From Macrostomum lignano (Eukaryota), in the NCBI GenBank assembly GCA_002269645.1, contig NIVC01002160.1, forward strand, positions 1 to 61,155: a DNA stretch of 61,155 nucleotides. Reading direction: 5' to 3'. Positions 37,430 through 52,561 of the stretch are shown in pieces. The stretch's first letter is position 1; every line of letters starts with the position of its first letter. Position numbers and translations under genes: made by a program. Below the pieces are notes generated by a model that had not been told where the DNA came from, searched no databases, and worked only from the letters and a program-made list of their open reading frames with translations.

Positions 37430-37926
37430 TCTGGGAACTCTGGGACCTGGAACTCTGGGACCTGGAACTCTGGGACCTGGAACTCTGGGACCTGGAACTC
37501 TGGGACCTGGAACTCTGGGACCTGGAACTCTGGGACCTGGAACTCTGGGACCTGGAACTCTGGGACCTGGAACTCTGGGACCTGGAACTCTGGGACCTGG
37601 AACTCTGGGACCTGGAACTCTGGGACCTGGAACTCTGGGACCTGGAACTCTGGGACCTGGAACTCTGGGACCTGGAACTCTGGGACCTGGAACTCTGGGA
37701 CCTGGAACTCTGGGACCTGGAACTCTGGGACCTGGAACTCTGGGACCTGGAACTCTGGGACCTGGAACTCTGGGACCTGGAACTCTGGGACCTGGAACTC
37801 TGGGACCTGGAACTCTGGGACCTGGAACTCTGGGACCTGGAACTCTGGGACCTGGAACTCTGGGACCTGGAACTCTGGGATATGGAGCTCTGGGACCTGG
37901 AACTCTGGGATATGGAGCTCTGGGAC
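37430..37926. repeat. 15-bp minisatellite (~33 copies) at the start of intron 1
   Basis: Unit tctgggacctggaac, starting ~6 nt after the donor GT and in frame with exon 1 as (NSGTW)n. Confidence 0.97.
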
Positions 37927-38711
37927 ATCTCAAAATTTCTTGTTATCTCGAACTCTTGCAGAAGTTTATTTGCTGATTAGATTCCGCCATCAGGGTGTCC
38001 GCAGGGTTCCAGAGCATTAACTAGAGTCCCAGAGAACTTCCATCAGCTGAGAGTCAGCAAGAAGTGTTGATTTCATCTTCTCAACTGAAGGCAAACTGGG
38101 GAGTGTCGGAGAGCAGAGGCTGTTGCTGGGTAAATCAGCTGCTCACTTTTGGAAAGCAATAAACTCAATGGAAGTTTGCTCCCGCCCCCCCCCCCCCTAG
38201 TCCAGAAATCTTCCCACTGATTCAATCTGGCCTCCGATCCCAAGCACGGGACTTCTGCTTCTAGGGAAGTTTCTTTGGTTGCAAAAATTGTTATTCGAAA
38301 AACTGTTTGCTGAAATTTTGTTCCGGACTGAGCAGATCCGGACGGGCGTTGGGGACTCAAGGCGCTGTGAGAAGCGTTCTCTGCCCTCCCTGCCCCCTCT
38401 CTCTCCCCGCCTCTCCTCTTCAAGGGTCCGAGAGCGTGCTGGATAGACAAATTTCCAGATCAGCTTTGCCGGTGAAATTGTTTGAATTAAAGATCCCTGT
38501 CTCCCTGATAATTAAAAACCGAAGGGTATTAACAATTCTAATTCCGAGCGGCTTGTAACAGGCAGCTTTCATAATTGAGGCGAGTCTCAAGGTAAAGAGC
38601 TTAAGCATAGATAATTTGAATTCAGACTCATGGAACAGGTTACTTATAGGCAGGCAGGTCTTGAACAAACTTTGAGGTTCAACAATATATGCAGCGGTGT
38701 GTGAGGTCCGT

Positions 38712-39556
38712 GCATAGATGTTCGTGGGCCATGCATAGATAGATATTGGGGGTCCATGCATAGATGTTGGGGGGCCATGCATAGATATTGGGGGGCCATA
38801 CATAGCTCGTAGATGTTGGGGGCCATGCATAGATATTGGGGGGCCATACATAGCTCGTAGATGTTGGGGGCCATGCATAGATATTGGGGGGCCATGCAAA
38901 GATATTGGGGTCATGCATAGATATTTGCATAGATATTGGGGGGCCATGCATAGATATTGGTGGGCCATGCATGCATAGATATTGGGGGTCATGCACAGAC
39001 TGATGATGGCTGTTCATTTGCCATTCGTACGAGCTACACGTGAGAAGTGAGTCATAAAGATGTGTCATAGATATGTGAGTCATAGATATGTGAGTCATAT
39101 AGAAGTGAGTCATAGAGATGAGGGCCATAGAGATGAGGGTCATAAGAGAAGTGAGTCATAGAGAAGTGAGTCATATAGAAGTGAGTCATAGAGATAAGGG
39201 TCATAGAGATGAGGGTCATAAGAGAAGTGAGTCATAGAGAAGTGAGTCATAGAGATAAGGGTCATAGAGAAGTGAGTCATAGAGAAGTGAGTCATAGAGA
39301 TGAGGGTCATAGAGATGAGGGTCATAGAGAAGTGAGTCATAGAGAAGTGAGTCATAGAGATTAGGGTCATAGAGATGAGGGTCATAGAGAAGTGAGTCAT
39401 AGAGAAGTGAGTCATAGAGATTAGGGTCATAGAGATGAGGGTCATAGAGAAGTGAGTCATAGAGAAGTGAGTCATAGAGATGAGGGTCATAGAGATGAGG
39501 GTCATAGAGACGAGGGTCATAGAGATGAGGGTCATAGAGATGAGGGTCATAGAGAA
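38712..39556. repeat. Adjacent ~21-bp (atgcatagatattggggggcc) and 15-bp (gtcatagagatgagg / gtcatagagaagtga) arrays
   Basis: First array ~38712-38995, second ~39050-39556. Both share a catag core. Confidence 0.9.
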
Positions 39557-41970
39557 GCGACCCGTTATGAGTGTCGCCGTAACGGAACTAAAGGGAATCT
39601 GGATTCTCTGAATCACTCCAATCCCTAGTTCCATATTCCCCCATCTAAATCCCATAAACGCTATGGAATCGGTTTCTAATTGAACCGGGTGGGGCAAGAT
39701 TTCCCTAATCCCACAACTCCCAGCTGGCCTGAGGATCGCCAATATATTTTTCTAGCCGACTGCTCGAAATGCAAATTTTTGGGGAATTCAGTTGATTTTT
39801 TCACCTCAAAAACGAGAGCTTTCTAAGAATATACGAGCTAAGGGAGGAGGAACATCCCTTATCCCAAAAAATCCCACCACCTACACCAGATATCCTGGTC
39901 AGGAATGGGGATTTATAAATCCATCCAGCGCCTCAGAAGGGGATCCGAGTTGGCTCTGGGCTCTGCCCCCCCCCGGCCTCTTCTTCCCGTGGTATTTGCA
40001 TTTTATTGCATTTCCAGCCCACTTTCTGGCTCCTCTGGCGCCCCGCATTAGCAGTCCGGCCTGACCCCAGCCCCCGGCCACTCCTTTTTTGCTCCATCAC
40101 CTCGCGGAGGCTGCAATGCGGCGGACAGACAGACATACAAAGCTGGGGGAGCGCAGATTGCACTGTCCAGCCGCTGGGATAATGCCCACCCCCTGATACT
40201 AAGGCCTACTGCATGGGATCTTGTCGGTTCATTCACTCCTTCCCATAGGTGTCCCCCGATACCCGATCCGCATTGGAACCCCCCCCCCCAGAATGACAGG
40301 AATATGACAGGAATTCTCCCGCGGAACATCTGTTTGAAAACGAAACAGGTTTTAAAATAGTTACTGAAGTATTACGTCGTATCTCTATAGTGAATTCGCA
40401 CTAATAAGCCTTCTAAATTCGGCTGCCGAGCTCTCGGGCTGCACGGAGTTCGATAATAAAAGTTCATCTTATCACTGGAACGGGCAGAGGCGGAGGTGCG
40501 AAGTGGGCGAATATCCGCCTGCGAGCTGCTTATTGATTTCCTTCTCTGTGTGACAGGGGCCGAGCGCAGCGGATTATTGACTGGCTAAGCCGAGTAGAGA
40601 GTAGCTCACTCGCTTGCGCTCGAGCAGCGATAGAGATGGAGACAGACAGAGAGAAAGAGAGAGAGAGTGTGTGTGTGAGACGGAGAGGGTGAAAGGGGTC
40701 CTTTGACCTCGGGGGCATGCAGTGACTCACGGCAGCAGTGGTTGAGTCCTCGGTCTGCCCCCCCCCCCCTTCATAGTCCCCTCGGCCCGGGGAGGGCAGA
40801 GGCGGCAGGGGTGCCCGCTAATGAAATGAAGGGCCCCGATAAACACAGAGGCCGCAGAAGATAGATTAGAGAGTATCTGGGCTCCGGGCCTGGGTAGCAA
40901 GGCGCACGATGAAGATAAATAATTAACTTTTGCTCCTCTGCGGCCAGCTCCCCGGCAGTCTCCGCCCGGCACAGAAAAGTAAACTATTTGTCCACTTCCG
41001 ATCCCGATCGGTCCGCTTAACGCTTTTAGAGACCTCCTTTAGATTTTGTCGGCTAGTGATGTCGGATAAGTCTCACGCTGCTTTTATCCTCTCGCTTTCC
41101 TCATCACTTTCTTCGCCCCAGACTCCACTCTCCATCACAGAGGGGGAGGGCGCGGAACTCAGCGAGTTCAGCACACGAGGCTGAGGACAAACACAAAATT
41201 GATTTCTCAGTCGCTCTCGGTTACACGGGGCCGGCTTTCATCTGTTGATTGGGGAGGCCAAATGATTTATTACTCTCTACTTGCCGACAGCCCCCCCAGC
41301 GACTCTTCGCTTCCAATTTTCTTCTCGGAAATCAATTGAAAGATTGCTCAGGAATTCTTCTCAAAGTTCTCAAACGCCTGCTTCATCTTGTTTAGCCGCG
41401 GGAGTGGCCGTGTTTATACTGCTTGAACAAAGGCTTTGCTCTCAGACAATCAATGCCCCCGCGATGGCTGCTTGGCTTGTCAACGGCGGCCGGCAGTGCA
41501 GCAAAAAGGGCGCCCGCCTCCCCCCCCTTATTAAAATCCAGGCTGGCAGAGCACACAGAGGGCGGCCGGCCATATTTTGTCAGAAGTCTAATCAAACAGC
41601 CAGGGAAACTGGGGTGGTCGGGGCTTGCGGCTCCCCAAAGAGTCCCGACTGAAAATGGGAGTCAGAGAGACGCCCGGAGTAAAAAATGAGGGGATTTTTG
41701 GACTTTGATTTACCGTTAATAAGCATCTCAGAGCCCGGCTGGGGGGGGGGGGGCAGAGTGAGGGGAAGAGATGAAGCAAACGGAGGAGATGCGAACTTCA
41801 AAGGCTCAACCCGCCTAAGAAGGAACTGTGGGCGCTTGAGTCCGCCGACTCAGCCAGTACCAGCGGCAACGCGCGAACTCACGAGCGATGCACTCAAGAG
41901 GAACTTAGTGGATAAAGTTCACTTTTAAAAAGCTGGTCTAAACTGCATGGGCTCTCAAAAACTACACATG

Positions 41971-42956
41971 GAACCCCATCAGATCTTTCGAAGCCTCATT
42001 GGATCTCTGGAAACCCCATCAGATCTCTGGAAACCCCATCAGATCTCTGGAAACCCCATCAGATCTCTGGAAACCCCATCAGTTCCCTGGAAACCCATCA
42101 GATCTCTGGAAACCCCATCAGATCTCTGGAAACCTATCAGATCTCTGGAAACCCCATCAGATCTCTGGAAACCTATCAGATCTCTGGAAACCCCATCAGA
42201 TCTCTGGAAACCCCATCAGATCTCTGGAAACCCCATCGGATCTCTGAAAACCCCATTAGATCTCTGTAAACCCAATCAGATCCCCCTGGAAACCCCATGG
42301 GATCTCTAGAAACCCATCAGATCTCTGAAAGCCAGATCAGATCTCTGGAAATCACATCAGATCTCTGGAAATCACATCAGATCTCTGGAAACCCCATCAG
42401 ATCTCTGGAAACCCATCAGATCTCTGGAAACCCCATCGGATCTCTGGAAACCCCATCGGATCTCTGGAAACCCATCAAATCTCTGGAAACCCATCAGATC
42501 TGTGGAAACCCCATCAGATCTCTGGAAACCCATCAGATCTCTGGAAACCCATCAGATCTCTGGAAACCCATCTGATCTCTGGAAGCCAGATCAGATCTCT
42601 GGAAACCCATCAGATCTCTGGAAACCCCATCGGATCTCTGGAAACCCCATCGGATCTCTGGAAACCCATCAAATCTCTGGAAACCCATCAGATCTGTGGA
42701 AACCCCATCAGATCTCTGGAAACCCATCAGATCTCTGGAAACCCATCAGATCTCTGGTAACCCATCAGATCTCTGGAAGCCAGATCAGATCTCTGGAAAC
42801 CCCATCAGGTCTCTGGAAACCCCATCAGATCTCTGGAAACCCCATCAGATCTCTGGAAACCCCTCAGATCTCCGAAAGCCAGATCAGATCTCTGGAAACC
42901 CATCAGATCTCTGGAAACCCCATCGGATCTCTGGAAACCCCATCAGATCTCTGGAA
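41971..42956. repeat. 19/20-bp minisatellite (~50 copies)
   Basis: Unit gaaacc(c)catcagatctctg. Confidence 0.96.
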
Positions 42957-43922
42957 GCTGTGAGTCCGAAGGCTGGCCACGCGAGTCCCGCAGTTCGCTA
43001 ATAAATGCAAGAACTGAGCAGCCCGGGAAATGACAAATTAGGCGCCCCGTGACGGCAGAGACTAAATGAACCTCGCAGAGCTCCGTCTCTGCATCTCCCC
43101 CTCGCCTCATCCGCAGCCTCCCGAAATTCCTTCGTCTGAGATCGCCAGAGGCCGAATACTTTTATCCCTATGGGACATGATCTCCAGCCTCTTCCATTCC
43201 ACATCATTCCGCCGCCGGCCTCCTACTTTTCCTCTGACTCCTCCACCGACCTAACGAGGCCCCTCCCCGTCACGGTTCCAGGCCTCAGGCCGGAAGCGGC
43301 TCAGGGACCCCCCGACCCTCTTCACGCGTCCGCGGCCCCTCAAACTTTCCGTCTCCTAATTAATATTAATCATTTAGAGAAGGTCGTGGATAAAATTTTC
43401 AACTCCTCATTCCCCATTTTTTCCCGTCCTTTCCGCACCTCCCGCAGTTCACCAGCTCCCTCCATCCTCCCACGCCAATCGCTTCTCATCATCGTTCTCC
43501 GAGACGGCTCACTTTTTTCCCCTGATCAGCCGCTTGGTGAGCCAGCCTGATTTTCTCCCGGCGCCATGCGGCCGCACAATTAACCCCCCCCCCCCAGCGA
43601 GGCTCCGGCGGGGGGATCAGGACTCGGAGGTCGTTCAAGAAGCCGATTCGAAGCTTGCCCGATTCCTTAATTGACTGTCGGAATTTTTCAACAACGTGCC
43701 GGAGAGACAGAGAGGCAACTGGCTGAGAACCTGGGGGGGGGGGGGTTGAGAGCTGGATAGAGGCACCTCGGAATTCCCTACAGGAAGACATTCGGATGCT
43801 GTGCTGCCAAAGGCGTGACAAGTGTGTGCGAATATCTTTTAAACAGCCTCTTAAACATATTGGCATCACAGTGCTCTTCACGAAGCCATTTATGCAGATT
43901 TTAGTAGGCAATCAGAACTGCT

Positions 43923-44232
<310 letters not shown>

Positions 44233-44715
44233 GCACGCTACTCAGAACCGCAGCTGACTCAGCTACGCGGTCATCGTGGCAACGATGGCAATTGGCATAA
44301 AAACTGCTGCATCGCCCCGAGGCTCAACCTGGAGAGCTGCAGACGTCAGTGCGGATAAATTTATGCTAATCCGGGGTGCGCCCGGCCCGTCATGATCTCC
44401 CCGTCCCGACAGACACCTCGCACCTACCGCCCGAAGCCACGAAATTCATCGCAGCCCCCTGCCGGCTGCAGCCGCCGCTTCCCTCATTTAGACATTTCTT
44501 TTCTTCATCAAGTCCGGCCTTGAAAGTGTGATTCCATTTGCCACGGGCCTGCGTGGTCAGCCTGGCCAGGCAAATGGGAAAATAGGATTGCAGAGACTGT
44601 CTGTCTGTCCACAGCCCTCTCGATTTCTCATTCTCAATGCCATTGCAGCTGCTGCAAGTGTCGCTAACTTTATTCATTATTGCTGAGCCCCCTCACGCCA
44701 CCTCGCTTCTCACAG

Positions 44716-44954
44716 AACTCGTCCGACTCAAATCCGGCGGAGGCGGCGGCGGCGGTGGTGGCGTCTCCAGGCCGATGTCGCCGGGCGGCCAGGGCTGCAG
44801 CCTGCCTCTGGTCGATAACTGCGGCGGAGGCTGCGGCGGCGGAGGCGGCCACGGCAGCCACGGTGGTGGCGGCGGCGGCGGCGGCGGGCACGGCAGCATC
44901 AGAGACTATGATAATCGGTTCGGCCAGAGGAAGCTGGACTCCTTCATGCAGCCG
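44716..44954 (+). CDS. Protocadherin exon 2 (Gly-rich cytoplasmic segment)
   Basis: Acceptor cttctcacag|AA; phase 1 joins exon 1's G to AA to give GAA (Glu). Reads ELVRLKSGGGG...RKLDSFMQP. Donor CCG|GTGAGG is phase 0. GC-rich coding-like island. Confidence 0.8.
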
Positions 44955-44989
44955 GTGAGGATTTGGGTTGCTCGATAGTGGCTGCTGTA

Positions 44990-45421
44990 GATGCTGATGC
45001 TGTAGATCTGGGGTTGGATGCTGTAGATCTGGGGTTGGATGCTGTAGATCTGGGGTTGGATGCTGTAGATCTGGGGTTGGATGCTGTAGATCTGGGGTTG
45101 GATGCTGTAGATCTGGGGTTGGATGCTGTAGATCTGGGGTTGGATGCTGTAGATCTGGGGTTGGATGCTGTAGATCTGGGGTTGGATGCTGTAGATCTGG
45201 GGTTGGATGCTGTAGATCTGGGGTTGGATGCTGTAGATCTGGGGGATATGGCAGCGGTGGTGCTGTAGATCTGGGGGATATAGAAGCGGAGGTGCTGTAG
45301 GTCTGGGGGATATGGCAGCGGAGGTGCTGTAGGTCTGGGGGATATGGCAGTGGAGGTGCTGTAGATCTGGGGGATATGGCAGTGGAGGTGCTGTAGATCT
45401 GGGGGATATGGCAGCGGAGGT
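44990..45421. repeat. 21-bp array (~12 copies) switching to a related 32-bp array (~6 copies), start of intron 2
   Basis: gatgctgtagatctggggttg to ~45240, then gggggatatggcagcggaggtgctgtagatct. Confidence 0.95.
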
Positions 45422-47469
45422 GTAATCATAATAGTCATAATAGTGTAATCATATAGTCATAATCGTACACAAAAGCCCCAAAACCCAACCGAAGCAGTCA
45501 GTTTTGACAGGTCAAGTTTGTCCAACTTATTAAGTGATTAGCCAGCCTACCCTACTGTCCAGCGGGCCCTGCACGGGGCAGTTCTGATCCCATGGCCGAT
45601 CCCTCCTGCCAGAGCGGGCATGAAAAGCTTTAAATAGCAGCCTCACTGCTCTGGTGCGCAGTGGACAGCATTGCTCCGCTATGGCCAGCAGTATCCGCCA
45701 TTGTCAGCTTACTGAATCTCTCTGGATGTGTTTGCGCAACATTCACCCACTTGGGGCGGGGGGCGAACTGCAAATTTTGCCTTTTACTACAAACAACAGC
45801 TAGGGAGAGAGGTAGAGAGAGAGATAGAGGAGAGAGGGGAGAGAGGGGCGAGATTGTTATCAGATCCGGAATCTGACTGACTCAACTTTCGTTGGGCAGA
45901 AGCAGGCCTCAGAGAGAGGGAGGCCAGAAGTTCTGAACCCGAAATGAAAACTTGGCTTCTGTTGAGAGCTTCGAGGCGTTCTGGATGGCCTCCTTTGTTC
46001 CTCTGACCACCAAACTCGTCCCATTCAATTCGGTTCAGAATAATTTTTTCCAATTTTCCAAAGCTTTTCCAAAATGACGCAATGAACTGACGGGTTTTCG
46101 AGAGGATAATAAAAATATGAGACACTTTCTAATCAACCAATCCCATGCTGGGATATTATCCTATAATCGGAGAAATCCCAATAGAATTCGCGCCCGGCTG
46201 GGTGGGTCAAAGACAGGGGTCGACGCGAATTGCTCGCAATGGATGGGAAAATTCTCCCCAAACTTTGAAATGCGAATTGCAGGCTTTGGGAGGCCGCAGC
46301 GGGTGGTCCCGAGCAATTTGTGGGAATGTTTTTCAAAGAAAGGCGGGCAACCCACTCAGCACCTGGGGGGGGGGGCGGCGATTGGGAAGCCGACCCCCAA
46401 TCTGACTAATGGGATTCGGAGCCTGAGCACAAGGCCATAGACAGACTCAAAGCCTTGAGGATGCCAATTTGGGATCCTGGCTGAGTGCCCTCCTCCCGGG
46501 TGGCCGAGATCGAGATCGCTTTGAACAACTTCTTTTACAGCCGTCCGGCCATCGCCCACCCGCCTGAGACCACCGGTTCCTCCCTGACCCCCGCTGGGTT
46601 CGAGAGACTGATTTTCTTAACGAAACAAACGAGATAGGGGGGGGGGGCAGACAGAGGTGGGAGCCCAATTTTCAAATTGCTAATTACCTGGGCTACCCGA
46701 CTGTAGGCAATTGGAGGAAAATATCCCCTAAAAATGGGGAATATTTAAGCCCAAACATTTCAGGGTTTGAATTGGAGCTCATTGAAGCGAGCTGAGGATC
46801 TGCTCAACTCAAAAAACTCATTTCTATCCTATCTTTTTTGGCCTGTAATCAACATCCCACAGACGCATGCAAATATTCCAATTTGGGAACATCCCAGAAT
46901 ATGAAGGGAACTCGGGGATGATAAAAATCAGTTGAAATCCAACAGACTGAAAGTCGGCGGGGATCCGAGATGGGCGTGGCCGGCGGCCTCCACGCCTTTA
47001 TCTCCGCTGCTGCACGCGCTGGCGGGAATGGGAGAATTGAGGCTGAGGGTCTCCGGTGAATTCCTTTGGTTGATTTTTAGTTCCTCAAAAGCATGGAAGC
47101 GAGTTATCCGTTTGCTGCCTGAGCTGGGCAGGCCGGCAACTAGCTTCATCAGAAAGCGATGCGGTTCTGCTGTTGTGTCTCCACCTACTGCCTGTGTGTC
47201 TCTATCCAGGAAACACGGGAGCCTTGAAAGAGACACTTCGCAAAAGATGAGGCCCAGGCGGACCAGCCCAGGCCAGTTCGTTTTCTAGGAATTGCTTTGC
47301 AAGATAACTCGTAGGCGGAGAAGCCTTACGAGTACTTTCTGAACAAAATTTTCAATAATTTCGGAATAGCAACTGGAATAGCAATTTCGACAATCTGGGT
47401 CTTGATGAGGTCAGTTTTTACCAAATTTGTTGGAAAATAAAAACTTCTGCATCATTGCATCACTCCCTT

Positions 47470-48215
47470 CCCTCCCCTTCCCTCCCCCTTCCCTCCCCCC
47501 TTCCCTCTCCCTACCCTTTCCCTCCCTCTCCCTTCAATCTCCCTTCCTTCTCCTTTCCCTCTCCCTCCCTCTCCCGTCACCGTCAATCTCCCTTCCCTTT
47601 CCTTTCCCTCCACCCTCTCTCCCTTCAATCTCCCCTCCCTCTCCCTTCAATCTCTCCTCCCTCTCCCTTCAATCTCCCCTCCCTCTACCTTCAATCTCCC
47701 CTCCCTCTACCTTCAATCTCCCCTCCCTCTCCCTTCAATCTCCCCTCCCTCTCCCTTCAATCTCCCCTCCTCTCCCTTCAATCTCTCCTCCCTCTCCCTT
47801 CAATCTCCCCTCCCTCTACCTTCAATCTCCCCTCCCTCTCCCTTCAATCTCCCCTCCCTCTCCCTTCAATCTCCCCTCCCTCTCCCTTCAATCTCCCCTC
47901 CCTCTCCCTTCAATCTCCCCTCCCTCTCCCTTCAATCTCCCCTCCCTCTCCCTTCAATCTCCCCTCCCTCTACCTTCAATCTCCCCTCCCTCTCCCTTCA
48001 ATCTCCCCTCCCTCTCCCTTCAATCTCCCCTCCCTCTCCCTTCAATCTCCCCTCCCTCTCCCTTCAATCTCCCCTCCCTCTCCCTTCAATCTCCCCTCCC
48101 TCTACCTTCAATCTCCCCTCCCTCTACCTTCAATCTCCCCTCCCTCTCCCTTCAATCTCCCCTCCCTCTCCCTTCAATCTCCCCTCCCTCTACCTTCAAT
48201 CTCCCTCCCTTTCCA
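47470..48215. repeat. 22-bp pyrimidine-rich minisatellite
   Basis: Unit cccttcaatctcccctccctct. Confidence 0.95.
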
Positions 48216-50627
48216 TTCTTATTGCCTTCCTCTCCCTTATCTCTCCCCTTACCCCCCCCCCTCTCCTCCACTCTCCCAACCAACACATGTCTACTCCACA
48301 GCCGACACTCTATGGCCAATCCTCCCTTCAATTCGCCATCAGTCACCGTATCCCAGTCTCCGACTTCTTCCTTGCCTACGAGCGTAGCACCATCAGTCTG
48401 CATCAGTGTATCAGGAGACCCCAGAGATGATGGGTTGGAATAGCGCGCTCATTACGAGTGTTGATAGCAAGGCACAGCGGCTCCCCCCACCCCAGCCAGC
48501 CTCCCGGCATGATGAAGCCAGTGATTGCAAGAATCCTCTTCGCCTACAGGAGTCCCCAGGCCGTCTACCCCCCCCCTCTCCCTCTCTCTCCCTTTCTATA
48601 TTATATTTGCTGAATAATTCATGAAGCCTTTGCTCCGGCAGTAATTAATTGCTCACCTGGCCGCCGCTCAATCAAGCACCTTCTTCATCCAGTAGCCCCC
48701 CCCGCAGCGTATATTTCCAGTTGACTCTGCCGCCGCCGCAGCCAACACTGCAACCATTTCCCTTCATCTCTTTTCTTCTTTTTCTGAAGAGATTCTGTTA
48801 TTTGCTGATGCTGATTTTGTAGCCCAGAGTGAGAACTACGGGAAAAGTACTCCAGGTGCGCGCGTGTGTTGATTAACATACCTTAACTTTTCCAGTTGCC
48901 GGGTGGTTGTTTACTCAATTCCCTGTTGCTTCTGGTAGTGTACCTTGCTTTCCTGTGTCTTAACTAACTGTTAAAGTGTTTAGTTAATCGAAACTCGACG
49001 TTTAAACAGACCTGAATGTGTTTGGACAGAGGGTGTTTCAACTGGCCAATAGGGTGTTTAGACAGGCTCAAAGGGTGTTTTAAAAACTGGCCCATGGGGT
49101 GTTTAAACAGGCCCGTAGGGTGTTTAACTGGTCTAGAATGTGCTTACCCCCCCATACTACTGCAGTTATTGATTGGATTTAAAAAACCGACAATTTCCAA
49201 CTAAAAAAAACTACCTTACTTTGCTCACCTTTCCAAAAATTCAGCAGCTCAAGTTTCGATGCAATTTTTTTCTCTCAATTGTTGCTCAACCAGAAACATT
49301 TGCTTCCCTTGCGCTACCTGTTGCGAGCGAAATAAGCCCGATGAGTCAGAATGTAAAAATTTCTGTCATTTGAACTGGCGAACAAAATGGAGTTTGAAAG
49401 GAAGCGCTCAAGGTGCTCCATCCGCAATAGGTGGAAGTCAGAAGTGACTGTTCACAGCCGGTTGAAGGGGCTTAACGGGCCGCACTGGGGATGTTTTGAA
49501 TCGATCAGAACCTGGGAAGACCCCAGTTGGTTGGGCTCTACTCAGAGCGCCTGCAGACAGCACTGAGAGAACTCACAGCTCAAACGAGTGGAACTGGGGA
49601 AAAAAACAAAAGGAATTGTCAGCACTGTCTTCCCCTCCCCCCCCCCCCTAACTCCGACATGGCGACTCACACAGCTCAGCTTCAGCTTCACCCCCTTGTC
49701 TGCGCATTTTACTGCCAACACCCGCTGGGTCCCGCCGCCTGCCATGCGGAGCCAAGGAGGCCTAGAAGCGGGATCTGGAAGGAAAGTTTAAAACTCCCAC
49801 TGCCACTACATCAAAGCCTTATTGTTATCTGGAACTATTGGCGCTAAAATACGTCAGTGGAGTCAAGTCCCCATCGTCTGTGTTTTGTAGAGTTATGAAT
49901 AACTCTTCTGGGCCCTGGAGAGGAGTTGCCACTCCAATACTCTGGTTCAAGACCTCCTTGGCCTTGGGGTGTGGGAGCTGGGGGGGAATTATGATGAGTA
50001 AGAATGGGATTTTTGGGAAACAAAGACACGGCGCAGCGCGAATTATTTGGCCCGTGGGGAGGAGAAAAGAAGACGCCGGGGCTGTGAGGGGGGATATTTC
50101 TGTGGGAGAGCCGCAGAGTGAGACAGAGAAATGCATCATTAATTTCACATGCGCTGCGTCCGCAGAGCGGAGAAATGCGTATAACTGATGGAATTGATTA
50201 TGGGAACAAGGCGGGGTGTCGGTTGACTCGCTTCCTATCTGGCGGCGGTCAGCTGAGGGATGGGCAATTTTTTTTAAACCCCCAAAAGCCTCCCATTGTT
50301 TGACGATTGCGCTCAGGGGGTGGAGCCCAGCTCAGGCCTCCTCATATTCAACTCACGGTGACCTAATGATGAAGCTTCCCAGCTTCCCGCATTCATAGCC
50401 AGCTTGCCACTCAATTGGGGTGAGCAGTTGGCCAAACATGAGCTGATTAAAATGCCGCGTCCCTGAGAATGAAATTGGCTAATTTCTGAGTTTGTGTAAC
50501 AGTCTCTTGATTAGGTGGCCATTGTTTGACAGGTGGAGACAAGCGGCCGTTGGAGTTCATTGAAAGGCGCTGGTCAGGGGCCGGCGGAAACAGCTGATGG
50601 GAGAGGCATGACTGACAGCTGGGCTCC

Positions 50628-51627
<1,000 letters not shown>

Positions 51628-52007
51628 CATCTATCTATCGATCTACGAGTATCTATCTATCTATTCAGCGAATCAATGGGATTCATGCCCTGCCTCGGAT
51701 CCCGAGTGCCGCAAACGGCTAATTCCACTTGTATGAAAAACTAACGCCCACGTGATGAGGTCAGAATGCAAATAATTGCCTGGCCAAGTGAGAGCGGCTG
51801 TAACGCAAGTATCAATAACACTATTAAGAGTGCAGTCATGATTGGCACAGTTGACCACAACAGCCAGTGAGAATAGAAAGCGGCAAAACAATGACTCATC
51901 GGTCAATTAGCGTCGACGCACAATGAGCTCATTAACCTATTCATTATTATTAGGGAATCGAGCTCGGGACTTTTAAGTTGACCCTTGACCTTGATTGCAT
52001 TCTGCAG

Positions 52008-52445
52008 GCCTCAGTCAAGCAGCTGATCGACGATCAATCTGACGGCGTCCCGGAGTCGGACGGCGATAGCGGCAAAGGCGGCAGCGTCTCCAATAGCAAC
52101 GGGCACCGCCAGCACCCGCTGCCAACGGCCTCCATCGGGGCGGCCTCGCTGCTGTCCTCAGCGGAGCTCAGCCATGCCGCGGCCTCGGCCGCCACCCTGT
52201 CTTTCTCGCCGGCGGGCGGTCGGCATCAGCCGGACCTCTGCTCCGTGGCAGCCGGTAACCATGGCAACCGGAGCGCCACGCTAAGCAGGCACCAGTTGGG
52301 GCATCTGCACCACTCGGGCGTCGCCAGCGCGGCAGCGGGCGGCGGGTTTCAAACGCTGGGCGCGCAGCGGCCGCGGCCCCACATGATCATGGAGGACACC
52401 GGGGCAGCCTCGTCTGAGGCCGCCTCATCTCCGTTGATTACTTAA
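52008..52445 (+). CDS. Protocadherin exon 3 (terminal coding exon)
   Basis: Acceptor ttgattgcattctgcag|GCC is phase 0, matching exon 2; a branch-like ttgac lies ~20 nt upstream. Contains ESDGDSGKGGS, similar to the delta-protocadherin DSGKGDS motif. Stop TAA at 52443-52445. Joined CDS is 3207 nt = 1068 aa. Confidence 0.82.
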   Translation, partial: ASVKQLIDDQSDGVPESDGDSGKGGSVSNSNGHRQHPLPTASIGAASLLSSAELSHAAASAATLSFSPAGGRHQPDLCSVAAGNHGNRSATLSRHQLGHLHHSGVASAAAGGGFQTLGAQRPRPHMIMEDTGAASSEAASSPLIT

Positions 52446-52561
52446 ATAGATCCCCCCCCAGACAGCCGAGTGCATGTACACAGTTCCGAGCAGGTGTCGA
52501 TTGTTAATCCCAAGGATCGGGAAAGTAAGCCGCTGGTGCGATGCAACACTCGGAAATTGGG

